From Rebecca billardiae RCC1528 (Eukaryota > Protista > Haptophyta): a stretch of 64,000 nucleotides of DNA. The position numbers and the translations under genes are program-made. Positions 13,516 to 24,858 of this stretch are shown here, in pieces. The stretch's first letter is position 1. Each line of letters opens with the position of its first letter. The stretch is from assembly GCA_965240325.2 (NCBI GenBank), contig OZ251223.1, positions 2,666,001-2,730,000 on the forward strand, written 5' to 3'. Under the pieces are notes generated by a model, which worked only from the letters and a program-made list of their open reading frames with translations, did no database searches and had not been told where the DNA came from.

Positions 13516-14193
13516 ATGGCGCAGCGGGGCGGTGCCCTCGCCCTCCTCGGTGCGTACGACGACAGCGATGATGACGAGGAGGAGAGTGGCGACGACCCAT
13601 CACTCCCTCGGCCGGTCGCTGGACACGTCGGCAGCGATGCTGACGAGGATGGGGTCGACGATGTCGAGGCTCACACGTCTGGCGGTGGCAGTCGCGGTGG
13701 GCAAGGTGCAGAGCACCGACGGAGCTCACCGGCGGCGGCGGCAGCAGCAGCAGCAGCACATTCGGTGCCGGCAACGCATGCACTGCCCTCTGTCGATGAC
13801 TTGCTCGACGGGTGGGACCCCTCGGCAGCGCCGAGCAAACGCCCGGCAACAAGCACGCCGCATCCACCGCGGACATTTTTCGCGGATGATGCGGGCGAGC
13901 CTGAGCAGGCGAAACCTGCCGAGAGGCCGGCGAAGCCCAGTGCACCCAGGACCGCGCCGAACGGCATGGCCCTCCCGCCGCAGGTGGGCCACGGCCGCGC
14001 AAACCGCGTGACCGAGGACCAGGCACATCGCACTGCAGCTGCCCAACGCGCGTCGAACAAGGCGCCGGCGCCCCCGGGCTGGCGGCAGAAGGAGAAGCGC
14101 AAGCGCGAGATCGGGCAGCAGGCCGGATCCAAAGACTGGGTGCAGGACGAGAAGCGGATCCTCCGTCACTCAGGCGTCAACTACGACGCCTGA
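13516..14193 (+). CDS. Hypothetical acidic/basic protein, C-terminus resembling UPF0690/C1orf52
   Basis: Starts 'ALALLGAYDDSDD' and ends 'KEKRKREIGQQ..WVQDEKRILR'. The family link is from recalled motif similarity only. Confidence 0.55.
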   Translation: MAQRGGALALLGAYDDSDDDEEESGDDPSLPRPVAGHVGSDADEDGVDDVEAHTSGGGSRGGQGAEHRRSSPAAAAAAAAAHSVPATHALPSVDDLLDGWDPSAAPSKRPATSTPHPPRTFFADDAGEPEQAKPAERPAKPSAPRTAPNGMALPPQVGHGRANRVTEDQAHRTAAAQRASNKAPAPPGWRQKEKRKREIGQQAGSKDWVQDEKRILRHSGVNYDA

Positions 14194-14673
14194 TATCTCC
14201 GGACACGCATGGCCTCGCGTCGGATCACGAGCTGCTGCGCGCGCACGACTGGCACGTGGCACCAGTCTCCACCTGGCGAGTGGCGGCGCCGTGACGACAC
14301 GTCTGACGGTGTGGGTCGAGTCGACGTGTACCAACCAGGCCGTCAAGGCTCCGGGCGGCAGTCTTCGGCGTGGCAGTCGAGATGAACCCGGGCGGGCGGG
14401 GGTACCCAGGGATGCCGCTGCAGCCTGCGGTTAGCAGTGCCCGCGGCGTCCATTCATCCGAGACGACAGCGTTTTGTGACAGAGTCGCCAGTCGCGGTGC
14501 CTGCGTCGGGCTTCCACTCGGCGATGCCAGGGTGATAATAACAATGGTCGGGGGAAGACGGCGTGATGGGTGGGGGGACGCGGAACGCGAGGTCTTGCGG
14601 TGATGACGATTCCCGCCGCATGAAAGGGGAAAGGCGCAAAGCGGCGGGGGCGCCATTGGCCTACAGTAGTACA

Positions 14674-16920
14674 ATGGCGGCGGCAGACGAGCCTTGGTTC
14701 GAGAGGACCACCGCCGACGCGAAGGCGCTCGAGGTCGTTCGCTCCTCGGTGATCGGAGACGGCGCGAGCATCGGCGGCCCCTTTGGCGAGCGCGTGCTGA
14801 CCTTCGCCGACCACGCGGGCTCCGGCCGGCCCCTGCACGTCGTGGAAGACTTCATCGCACACGCGGTCGCGCCCCTGCACGCCGCGCCGCACGCGGACAC
14901 GCACACGGGCCTTCAGAGCGCAGCGCTGCGCGATGAGGCGCGGTCGTGCATCTCCAAAGCTCTGGGTGCCAACCCAGAGGAGTACGTCACGCTGTTCGTC
15001 GGGACGGGCCGGACCGCCGGCGTGCACAAACTCATCGCCGCGCTGGGGCTCGCTCGGCCTCCTGTGCGCCCGCCTGCAGCGCAGCGGCCGGTGGTGTTCA
15101 TAGGCCCGTTCGAGGGACACTCGAACGAGCTACCGTGGCGCGAATCGAACGCCGATGTCGTGGTCGTCCCGGAGGCGCGCGAGACGGGCATACTCGACGT
15201 GCGCATGCTGCGCGCGGCGCTCGCTGCGCACGGCGAGCGGCCGCTCAGGATCGTCTCGTGCTCGGCGGGCTCGGAGGCGACCGGCATCGCGAACCCGGTG
15301 GCGGAGATCACGCTCGCCGCGCGCGAGTGCGGCGCGCTCTGCATCCTCGACTACGCCGCCGCGGCCCCGTACGCGCGCGTGCACGTGTGCCCCGACGAGC
15401 GGCACCCGTCGGCGCGTGTGGACGCGCTCGTGCTCGCTCCGCACAGGCTGCCCGGCGGGCCCGGCGCGGCGGGCGTGCTGGTCGCGCGCCGCGCGCTGTT
15501 CCGGAGCGCCGTCCCTACCGAGCCAGGCGCGGGCACCGCCGCCTTCGTCTCGCCGTGGGAGCACGCCTACGCCCCCGCCCTCGAGGCGCGCGAGGAGGCT
15601 GGCACGCCCGCGCTGCTGCAGGCTGCGCGCGCCGGCCTCGCCGTGCGCACGCGGCAGCTCGTGGGCGAGGGGTGCGCGGCGACGCTGAACGCCGCGGCAT
15701 GCGCGGGCGCCATACGCCGCTGGAGCGCGCACCCCCACATTCACCTCCTCGGCGCCGACCGCAGCGCGTACTGGGCGGCTGACCGATTGCCCGTCGTCTC
15801 GCTCAACATTCTGTGGCCGTCGAGCACGCACGCGTACGTGAGCGCGCGCGGCGATGTCACCGGCCCCTCGGCGGCAGGCGCGGCGGCGCTCGCCCCGGCG
15901 CGGGGCGGCCGGCGGCGGCTGCACCCGTCCTTTGTCGCCACGCTGCTCAACGACGTGTACGGCATCCAGGCGCGAGCGAGCCAGGCGTGCCCCGGGCCGT
16001 ACGCCGCTCGACTGCTCGGCTGGACGCCCGCCGACGCCGCCGAGCTGCGCGCGCTCGTGTGCACGCACGGCCTGCTGGCGGCCGAGCAGCACTGCGTGCG
16101 CGTGAGCCTGTGCTGGAGCATGGAGCCCAAGCAGCTCGAGTTCGTGATCGACGCCGTCGAGCACCTCGCGACGCACGGCTGGCGGCTCCTGCCCCTCTAC
16201 GCCATGCACAGCGCGAGCGGCCGCTGGGTGCACCGCGAGCAGAGGCCACCCCGGCCGCGCGCCCTCCGTGAGTTTGGGCTCAGCCCGGCGCCGGCGTCGC
16301 ACGTGCAGCCGAGCGCGCGCGCGGCGCAAGCGCGCGGCGCCCCTGACGGCGCCGCGCGCTCCAGCATCGAGAGCGCCTCCTCCAAGCCGCTGGCCGAGCG
16401 GCGCTACGCGCAGCTCGCGGGCGCGTCGGACCTATACACGTGTGCGCGCGGCATGGCCATGCCCCTCGCGGAGGCAATCAGGGCGCCTGGCGGCGACTTT
16501 GTGCGCGGGCATGCCGGTCCGCTCGGTGACGACCAGGAGGGCGGTGACAAGCGCGCGCGCCGATGGATGCGCCGCCGCTTCGTCTTTCCGTCGGACGCAC
16601 TGCGCCGCCTCGGGCTGGCTGGCGAGCGCGCGGCGGTCGCGCGCTGGGCGCTGGTGCGCGACTCGCTCCCGCTGACACATGCGCTCTCCCCCGATCTGGC
16701 TTCATTCGGCGCTACTGGCAATGCCGGACACGGTGGCGGCTTTGGCGCTGCACCATCGCATCGTGAGATGCAGCATGCCCACAGGGTCGATGGGAGGCTG
16801 AGTCGTGGGACGATGCCCATGGGGCCTGTGGTCGAGGATGGTGATGCATATCGTCTGACAGGTGCGGTCCTCGGGCCTGGCAGGGAAGCTGGAGGTGCTG
16901 GGGGCTGCACCTTGTCCTGA
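14674..16920 (+). CDS. Aminotransferase class V / cysteine-desulfurase-like protein with degenerate PLP site
   Basis: Motifs 'GPFGER..FADHAGSGR', 'GPFEGHSNELPWRE', 'DYAAAAPY', 'APHRLPGGPG', 'REEAGTP' and 'FVATLLNDVYGIQAR'. ATG chosen at 14674. Confidence 0.85.
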   Translation: MAAADEPWFERTTADAKALEVVRSSVIGDGASIGGPFGERVLTFADHAGSGRPLHVVEDFIAHAVAPLHAAPHADTHTGLQSAALRDEARSCISKALGANPEEYVTLFVGTGRTAGVHKLIAALGLARPPVRPPAAQRPVVFIGPFEGHSNELPWRESNADVVVVPEARETGILDVRMLRAALAAHGERPLRIVSCSAGSEATGIANPVAEITLAARECGALCILDYAAAAPYARVHVCPDERHPSARVDALVLAPHRLPGGPGAAGVLVARRALFRSAVPTEPGAGTAAFVSPWEHAYAPALEAREEAGTPALLQAARAGLAVRTRQLVGEGCAATLNAAACAGAIRRWSAHPHIHLLGADRSAYWAADRLPVVSLNILWPSSTHAYVSARGDVTGPSAAGAAALAPARGGRRRLHPSFVATLLNDVYGIQARASQACPGPYAARLLGWTPADAAELRALVCTHGLLAAEQHCVRVSLCWSMEPKQLEFVIDAVEHLATHGWRLLPLYAMHSASGRWVHREQRPPRPRALREFGLSPAPASHVQPSARAAQARGAPDGAARSSIESASSKPLAERRYAQLAGASDLYTCARGMAMPLAEAIRAPGGDFVRGHAGPLGDDQEGGDKRARRWMRRRFVFPSDALRRLGLAGERAAVARWALVRDSLPLTHALSPDLASFGATGNAGHGGGFGAAPSHREMQHAHRVDGRLSRGTMPMGPVVEDGDAYRLTGAVLGPGREAGGAGGCTLS

Positions 16921-17085
16921 TCGCGATGATGACCGATATATACTGTATCAGCCGGCGCGCCTAACTATAATACTACGACTACTGATACTGATGTGCGCCG
17001 GGCCCGCAACGACATTCAAATTCAGAGTCACGCAGGCCCGGGGCCGCCGTTTATATGTACGCGGTTCCAATGTATACAGAGTCAG

Positions 17086-17114
17086 TATGTATGATGTATG
17101 TATGTATGTATGTG

Positions 17115-17145
<31 letters not shown>

Positions 17146-17266
17146 ATATATAGCTGCTTATTAGCGCTAAGCACCGTCGCAGTAGGGGCCACTAACTAAT
17201 AGAGAGACGGAGAGAGCGAGCGAGAGAGAGAGAGAGAGAGAGAGTGTGTGAGTGAGAGAGAGAGAG
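17086..17266. repeat. Compound microsatellites (TATG)n/(TA)n/(TG)n and (GA)n
   Basis: Directly visible in the sequence. Confidence 0.9.
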
Positions 17267-17834
17267 TTAACCGATGCTACTGATCAGCTGAATCATGAGC
17301 TGATGTGATATGTAGTACAGTCAGCAGCATAAGCTACAGCATTCTGAGTCAATCATTCTCGAGACTAAGTCGCTGATCGAGTCATCAGTCGTAACAGGCT
17401 ACAGTCATAATAGTTATAGTCGTAGTCCAATGCACCGGTCTACTATAGTACTAACAGTGTACTAACAGTCCCGCCTGCGGCCTGGGCTCCGCGATGAATG
17501 ATGATGATGATCATGACGGCGACGCAGTTCTGACTAACGATTGTCGGCGCGGGCCGGGCGGGCTGCTCGTCACAGCGCAGCCGGCCAGTGCCACCGCGGA
17601 TCGCGGCGCATCAATCCATCATCATTACTCTGAGCTCGTCGTCAGTCTCTGTTAGTCCGTCAGGCTGCGCGTGAGCCGGGAGTCAATTACGAAAGTGACT
17701 TAATGGACTCCGAGGACTCCCGGGACCGCGCCGACTCAGACTCCGTTGTACTACTCACTGAATTTCATTTTCAGTACGGGCTCGCGCAGTAGTGAGTCAC
17801 TCTCGCAGTACCGAGGTGGCAGCCCCGCACGCGA

Positions 17835-18347
17835 TCACAAGTGCATCTCCAGCATCCCTCCGCCCGTCAGACATCCGTTCACCACGTCGAGGAGCTTGTC
17901 GTTCTCGAGCGCCGCCGCAACGCGCTCCTTGTCGTTGAGCTGCTTGTTGACAGCATGCTCGGACGAGTGCGTGCCAGGCGCGACATAAATGTCCACTTTA
18001 AAGCGTTCGGGAACAGAGCGCAGGAGCTTCACGCGGATACACAGCCCAATCAGCGTCACCATGCTGCAGTGGGGCACCGTGGGCGTGAAGTGAATCGAAA
18101 TCACGTTGTCCACGAGCTTGATAGACTCGAGCCGCACGACTTTGAGCTCTTCGAGTGAGTGCGGGTGCTCGGGATCGTTGATGCGCCGAATGTGCTCGAA
18201 TACCTCGAGCGGGTCGATCTCATCGACCGCATCTTCGTCAAGCTCCTGCGCGCAATCCAACGCGCTTCGCTTCAGCTCCGCCGCCGCGTGGATGGTTGGA
18301 GCGGCATTGTCAAGGCCTTGCATTGCGGCAGCCATGCTGCTTTCCAT
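17835..18347 (-). CDS. CIA2: Cytosolic Fe-S assembly component CIA2 / MIP18 / FAM96 (DUF59)
   Basis: '[13 protein letters not shown]', '[22 protein letters not shown]' and '[25 protein letters not shown]'. Confidence 0.96.
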   Translation of the reverse strand: MESSMAAAMQGLDNAAPTIHAAAELKRSALDCAQELDEDAVDEIDPLEVFEHIRRINDPEHPHSLEELKVVRLESIKLVDNVISIHFTPTVPHCSMVTLIGLCIRVKLLRSVPERFKVDIYVAPGTHSSEHAVNKQLNDKERVAAALENDKLLDVVNGCLTGGGMLEMHL

Positions 18348-18444
18348 GAATTCTTTTGCGGACGCGGCCGTTTTTCCTTTTCGGTCTCATCGCGCGGGTT
18401 GTTTGCGTTTGCAGTGCAGCGGCCAGCCAGACGTTACCGACGCC

Positions 18445-19446
18445 ATGACTGACGCCTCGAGGCCGGGGTTGTTCGACGCGGCGTGCACCGCCGTGGGCTA
18501 CAACTTCATCAGCCCGGAGGTGTGCGCCGGCGCTGCTCGTCGCTCGCCCGCATCATCCACAGCTGTGCCCTGCTGACCGACCGACCAGCTCACGCCTCGT
18601 GTCGCGCGCGCGGGCGCAGGTCCGAGCAGGGATGAAGGTGAGCTTGCCCGTACTGCAGAAGGAGTACGGCTTCAAAAAGATGTACCTCTGGGGCAAGCTC
18701 AAGGGCATGTCGGCCGATTACTACATCGCCATGGGCGTCTTCCACTCGCTGAAGGAAAGCGAGAAGAAGTACTTCTACTGGTGCGAGCGCGCCTGCGCGC
18801 ACAGACTCGCGCGCTCGTGGACAGCACACGCGCGCGCTGCTGTCATACAGCATGAATGATCGGCGCCCCACCGTGCACGCATCGCGCGCCCGCGCGCAGC
18901 TCCGACGGCGTGAGCTGGGCCCAGATGGTCGAGCCAGACGCAGACACCGTCGCGGTCTGCGCGAAGATCCCTGCGAACGCGGCCCTGACGGGCGACGCTG
19001 CCTTCCAGTACACGGTGACCAAGGAGGTGCCGGAGGGCGAGGAGCCGCCGGAGAATGAGGAGGACCTCGTCGCCAAGCCGACGGAGGATGTGCGCGTGGC
19101 GTGTATGGTGAAGGAAATCGACGCGGCTATCGCGATGGTCCCGGTGGGCGCCATCACACCCGACCCGAAGCTTGGGGTCCCGGTCGACAACACAACGTTT
19201 GGAGGGCTGAGCCAGCCCGCGGCACTCGCGCTCACGTCGTGGGAGCTGCTGAACGGCACGTCAACGTCTCACCAGCTCGTGGGCTCGCTGAAGTCCAAGT
19301 ACATCCCCTCGCACGAGCTCGCCGTTCTGCGCAGCCTCCTCTGGCCAGGCTTCGCCGCGTACGCCGCACCGAACAGCAGCAAATGGGGCTACTGCTACGT
19401 GGGCGACGGCCAGAAGAATGCAGACATCGCCTTCTGCCTGCCCTGA
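18445..19446 (+). CDS. RSPH9: Radial spoke head protein 9; introns 18520-18619 and 18781-18899
   Basis: 'SLPVLQKEYGFKKMYLWGKLKGMSADYYIA' and the C-terminal 'LRSLLWPG..GYCYVGDGQKNADIAF'. Splicing keeps the frame (KYFYC-SDG). Confidence 0.88.
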
Positions 19447-20389
19447 TCATGGCGCTGCGCTCGCGACGGAGCCCTTCGTGGGCGGGGTGTGCGCGGATGC
19501 TCGGCAGGGCCGTACCCCGCACGAGGCGCGTTGTAGGCGTCCCCGACACGGTGCCCACCACTGGCCCACCCTCACAGGCAGCACTCATACTGGCCCGCGT
19601 TCGGAACCGAGGCCACACAGCGGTTACTCCATGTCGTCGTCATTTCACGTTCAGTCGGCCGCGGAGTGCTGGTGTGCTGTACGTGTGCAGCCTTGCTCAG
19701 CCTGCTGGGCTGTCGAGTCACGGGCGGCGGGTCCAGTGACACTGCTGGGCCGTGCCACTGCCAGCGTGCGCCCGTGAGGCGTGCCACGCCCCCGGAGTGC
19801 CGTGCCGTCAGCCGTGCCGCCGCCGACGCCATATATTATAGTCGTGATATATTCCCCGATCTGATGATTTTGAGTGATGATTTATTCTGACTGCTAATTG
19901 ATGCACACTGATACTGATGACGATATGTCGGAGCTGTGAAGCTGTCTGGCACCGTCTAACGTCTTCCGAGCCAAGAGCTGTCTGCCTAGCACTAGCAGCA
20001 AGCTCGCGGCGCCCATCACCATGGCCGTGCCGGCGACGCCGCGGGCCGGCCCGGCCGGGCGGCGACGGCGTGCGCACTGCGCAGCCGGCAGCCGCGGCGC
20101 ACGGGCGCAGTCGGCAGTGCGCCGCCTGCGCGCCGCGTGGCGCGTCCGCGCCGCGGTGCGCGTCCGTCCCGGTCCGCCGATGATATCGACGATATCATCG
20201 TGTCCGTCCTACTAAGATTTGAGGTGAGTAAGACCGCGTCACCTTCAGACTGAGACTCACTGTCTCAGTCTCAGAGGCGGACTTCAGTACACTCATCACA
20301 GATGACAGAGTGACAGAGTGTCGGACTGTCGGTCATGCCAGTGACATCGCCATCGGGTAACGCCCATCACTACTCATCCATCATAAATA

Positions 20390-22008
20390 ATGACCGCGTT
20401 CCGCGGTCCTTTTCCGTAGAACGAACGTAGTTCGGGGCCCGCGGTGGCGGTGCACCCTCCGTCGCAGTCGTCCCGTACACGTGTAACTAGACTCCATCCA
20501 GCGGCGCGCCGCCCCAGCGCCGCGCCGCCGCCGGCGTGCGCCGAGTGTGGATGTCGGTCGTCGGCCGAGCTGCCCTCATCACAGACGGCCCTTACCTGAC
20601 CCCCTGCGCGTGCGCGACGGCCGACAGGCGGATGCGACTCGGCGTGATCGACGCACGAGCGCGACTCTTGCACGCCAGGCCACCGGCGGAGCTGACTGAC
20701 AGCCAGGGAGCCGGACGGCGCGGGACCGCGCGGATTCGACCGTTCGTTCGGGCCTGCCGCTGACCGTCGTCGCCGCGACGCCAGCAGCGCAGGAGTAGAT
20801 GATCTGCAGGTCAGTAGGGTTCGACCTGCGCGCCTGCGCGACGGCCGACAGGCGGGCGCGAGGCGTGAGCGACGCATGAGCGCGACTCTACGTGCACACC
20901 AGGCACCACGCGGCCGAGCTGACTGACCGCGAGCCAGGGAGCACGGTGCGAGCAGCCATGCAGCACCGGTGCTTGCGCGCGCCGCGCGTGCACGGGGTGA
21001 CACACCTCGGTCAGGCTCGGCACGCGTCGCAGAGGCACGGCCAGCTCTGGGCACGCCAGGCGCCCAGGCCACGCGGAGCTGACAGCCACGGGGAGCCGAC
21101 GGCGCGCGGGGCCGCGGCCAGTTCCGAGTTCGACTTGCGCCTGCTCTGAAGAAGAGTTCTGGGAGACCCTGGCGGAGAGGCATGGCAAGGGGGGCGTGTG
21201 GTGAAGTCGGAGACTCCGAGATCGATCAGTCCGGCATCATGCGCCGCTGCCCCCGAGCTTGCGAGAGCCCGAACACAGGGCGGCGGCTGCGGCGGCGGCG
21301 GCGCGGCCGCGCGCCGGCCGGCCGCGCAGGCATCGACAGGGCGCGGCAGGGGCGTGCGGAGTGACTAGTGAGCGGGCACGAACGCGATGTCGACGGCCGT
21401 CGGGACCCGCCGCAGACGCGCGCTCCAGGCGCCACTCGGCACTTGCCACGCGCACCTGCCCATCGAGCGCCCCCTTGCGGACCAACCAAGAGTCGTCGCG
21501 GCTCGCTCGCCACCCCAGAAGAAACCTGCACAGCACGTCGTCCTTGCGACGGCGGCAGGTTTTGAGCTCGCCAGCTCGGTAAGTCAGTGACTATGGAATG
21601 GGCTGGCAACGAATAGCTGCGCGGGTATTTTCAATAAGGCTTGCGGGTTTTAGACTCTAGATACCAACCGCCGCGAAGCCAAGTTCATATTCATCAAGGC
21701 GGAGGCAAACTATCACACATGAACGAGAGTCTACCCACAAAATCGCGCTCGTAACGAACCGTTACACTAATGTCACGTCCAGCTGACGTCCAGATCGCAC
21801 TTTACTTAAGGGAATCAGCTGGGCGCGGTTATTTTCGGCCTAATAGACCTCTCTATGCGATCTCAAAAACTCGAAACTCGGTCTCCGCCAGCCCTAAAAA
21901 TCGCCCCCCGTCCCTTTTTTCTTGATCAAAGATCTTTTTGAAACGTGGTTCGGGCCCGCTGGTGCGGGCTCCACGCTGCGCGCTCCGCCCTGCACCGCGG
22001 GCCATAAC
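20390..22008 (-). mobile_element. Non-autonomous Helitron2/Helentron-like element, copy A
   Basis: Inverted homologue of 28221-29922. Terminal hairpin GACCGCG-TTC-CGCGGTC at 20392-20408. Asymmetric IR GGCCCGCGGTG (20436-20446) pairs with CACCGCGGGCC (21993-22003). Internal ~110 bp subrepeats. No credible ORF. Confidence 0.72.
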
Positions 22009-22534
22009 TAATTTAATAAGGCCGAGCGGTTGGACCACGGCCACTATGATGACAGCTCCGAGCTCCGCCGTCGGAGCTGCTGCTGTCTAGCTCGGACGGA
22101 ACTGTCCGCGGTGACCGTCACTCTGCACTCACGTTACCAGCTCCTTGAGTCCTGTCAGAGTCCTGGATGGTCAGCCAGCCCGCAGCCGCCGAGCCGGCCG
22201 CCGGGCACCGAGGCCCGAGCGCCGCGCCTGCTGCCGCGGCGCTGGGCGTATAGTAGCCGCGTGGCTCGGACCAGCCGCCGCCGCCGGTTCGTGCGGCTGC
22301 GGACTCGACTGAGAATTTCTCGACGACTTTCTCGGATTCCACTCCCGACTCCGCTTCATGGCTTCGTGTTCGTCACGCCTCACGGGATTCACACGTATCG
22401 CACGGCACGTCGTCGTTGGCCCCGGACCCGCAGTTCCGGAACGGCCATTGTCGAGTCGTGGCCCGTGACCCGTATTCCAGTGGGTGGGATCACCCCTGGC
22501 ACAGTGCCAGCACACTCGCTCGCAATGTGTTTGA

Positions 22535-23511
22535 TCACATGTCCGCAGCAAAGCCCGCGTCGCCACCATCGCCACCACCATCACCGCCGCCATCGCCGCC
22601 ATAGTACCCGCCATCACCGCCGCCATAGCCGCCGCCATGATGATAGCCCCCGCCGTGGTCACCGTGATCGGCAACTGCCTCTCCGACCAAGTACCCGCCG
22701 ACAAGCCCAGCGGCTCCCGCGGCTGCCACTGTCCCACCCCCATCTGCGCACGAGCAGCACACATGCCAGGCGCGCGAGCGCGTCACCCGTCAGGCTGCGG
22801 AGGCGCTGGAGTGGTTGCGTGGAGGCACGCGCGCACGCACATCCACCGCCGCCGCCGTAGCCTGGACCGTAGGCTGGGCCGTAGCTCGGGCCATAGCCAG
22901 GAGCACCGTACGGCGGTGGGGGTCCACTGCCCATCACCATGTTCTGCTGGGGCTTCTGTTGTGCTGCCTGGCAGCACTTGTAGATGCCAAAGACAATGAT
23001 GGCGAGCATGATCAATGCTGCGCTCCGGTGTGTGTGGGGGGGGAGGGGCACGGAGGCGCGGGTGCGTGTGAGAGCGGCCCCGTGCTTTCCAAATCGCCTC
23101 GAGGCACGAGCGCGTACAAATGATGCTACCGATGATCTGCCCCCCACCAAAGGGGTTGCGCTCCTCGCGCTCGTGATGCGAGGGGCCGTTTCGGCTCGTC
23201 GGCGCACCGCCGTGGTCCTCGCAGATGCGGGATCGGTCTGCCTGGGACACGCGAGAACCCGCGCGGGCGCACTTGTAGCCGTAGTTGCACATGACGCATG
23301 TACCCGGGGATGGACAGCAGTAAGAGCTACCGTCCACCTGACCGCAGCATTGCCCAGGTGTCTGCTTGAACGCCTCGTCGCACTTCCCGCCAGGCTGGCA
23401 GCACACCTGGCAGGGTGTGAGCTCCTGCAGACGTCGGCTGCTGACAGGGTGAGGGGGCGGCGACGAGCTTGCGCCCGCGAGAGCGAGGAGCGGCAGACAC
23501 CTCCACCACAT
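22535..23511 (-). CDS. Single-pass membrane protein: signal peptide, Cys-rich ectodomain, TM, PY/G-rich tail ending GFAADM; introns 23018-23117 and 22744-22840
   Basis: MWWRCLPLLALAGA..RRLQE..CQVCCQPGGKC..QCCG..YCCP..C..C..C, spliced to 'SLIMLAIIVFGIYKCC..PPPPYGAPGYGP', spliced to 'YGGGTVAAAGAAGLVGGYLVGEA..GGDAGFAADM*'. Confidence 0.8.
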
Positions 23512-23864
23512 CGGTCTCCCCGAGGTTCGCGACGCGTCGCGCGGCCACCGGCAGCCAGCGGGCAGCAAGCCCTCCTGCTCAGAGCCGACCGTGCGTGCAA
23601 TTGTTGAGACAGTACCGGTAGGCGGGTAAAGTATTATGGCGGTATCACACACAATCTCCCATAGTAGTATTGCGCCAAAGTCCAGGATGGCGGCTCAGGG
23701 ATCCGGCTGACCAGCTGGCGGTTGGCGGCGCCGGCCGCCCGCCGCCGGCGGCTTGGACGACCAGTACCGAAGCTTGCTCGAAGCTGCAGTCGTGCACTGC
23801 AGCTCCCAGTGGCAGCAGGGCTCAAAATCCCGCCGCCGCCGCAAAGCAGGCTTGGCAGCTGGGC

Positions 23865-24815
23865 ATGGCCGGCGAAGCGCGCAAGGCGCGCAGCGTGAAG
23901 CTCTGTGCGGCGGGCGCGACGCTCGTCGCCCTGGGTGTGGTGGGTCTCCTCGGCTCCGACGCGGATCCCTCGTTCTCGAGGCGGGCGCAGGCGCTGAGGC
24001 GGGACAGCCCAAAGGACTCAGACGAGTGTGTCGCCTGCATTCAGCAGATCCACGAGACCCGTGAGCAGGAGCACGAGGCGAAGAGCAACGAGAGAGAAGC
24101 CTGTCGTGAAGCCGCGCGCACGTGCCAGGACAACTGTGGGGACAACAAGGAGTGCGTGAAAGAGTACGCGCGCGCGCGCGCCCGGTGCGGCGAGAGGCTG
24201 CACATGCGCTATGTTCTGCGTCGGCTCTTTCGCAGGGTTCACGCTCGGGATCCCGCGCTCGCACGCGATCTGCCCGCGGCAGGTGCAAACTAGACGAGCA
24301 CAAGTGCAAGGCGGACAGCGCGGATCGCCACGCAGAGCACCTCTCGCTCCGCGGCATGATCCAAGACCACCACCAGTGCCACCAGCCGTGCCACGGCCTC
24401 AGCGACGAGTGCCAGAGCTGCATCGACAACGTGCACGCCCTGCGGCACCAGCACCGTGAGGCTCTGGAGCGCGAGAAGGAGCAGTGCGAAGACGAGCTGG
24501 AGAACTGCTATACTGACTGCGAGGTGAACGACAAGAAGTGCAAGCTGCGGTGCGTTGCGTGCGTGTGGGAGCGGGCGCGCCGCCACGGCTGCCGCTGCCG
24601 CTGCGCAACCTCTCATGACTGTGCCGCGCCGCACCCCTCCCCTCCCTCTCCTCCCGCAGGTGCAAGGACGCTGCGGATGACTGCCACGATCAGAGCAGGG
24701 CAAGGCACAGAGAACACCTCACGCTGCATGGAATGGTGCAGGATCACCACAAGTGCAAGGCGATCTGTGACGAGACCGGCGACTACGGTGGCCACTACAG
24801 CTATGGAGATGATGA

Positions 24816-24846
<31 letters not shown>

Positions 24847-24858
24847 TACCTCGATTGA
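23865..24858 (+). CDS. Secreted or anchored Cys/His-rich two-repeat protein with poly-Asp tail; introns 24164-24282 and 24550-24659
   Basis: N-terminal hydrophobic segment, then two copies of 'SDECxxCI..C..C..C..CK..C..RHxEHLxLxGMxQDHHxC..C', then an Asp run and YLD*. Both introns are GT..CAG and restore the frame. Confidence 0.8.
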
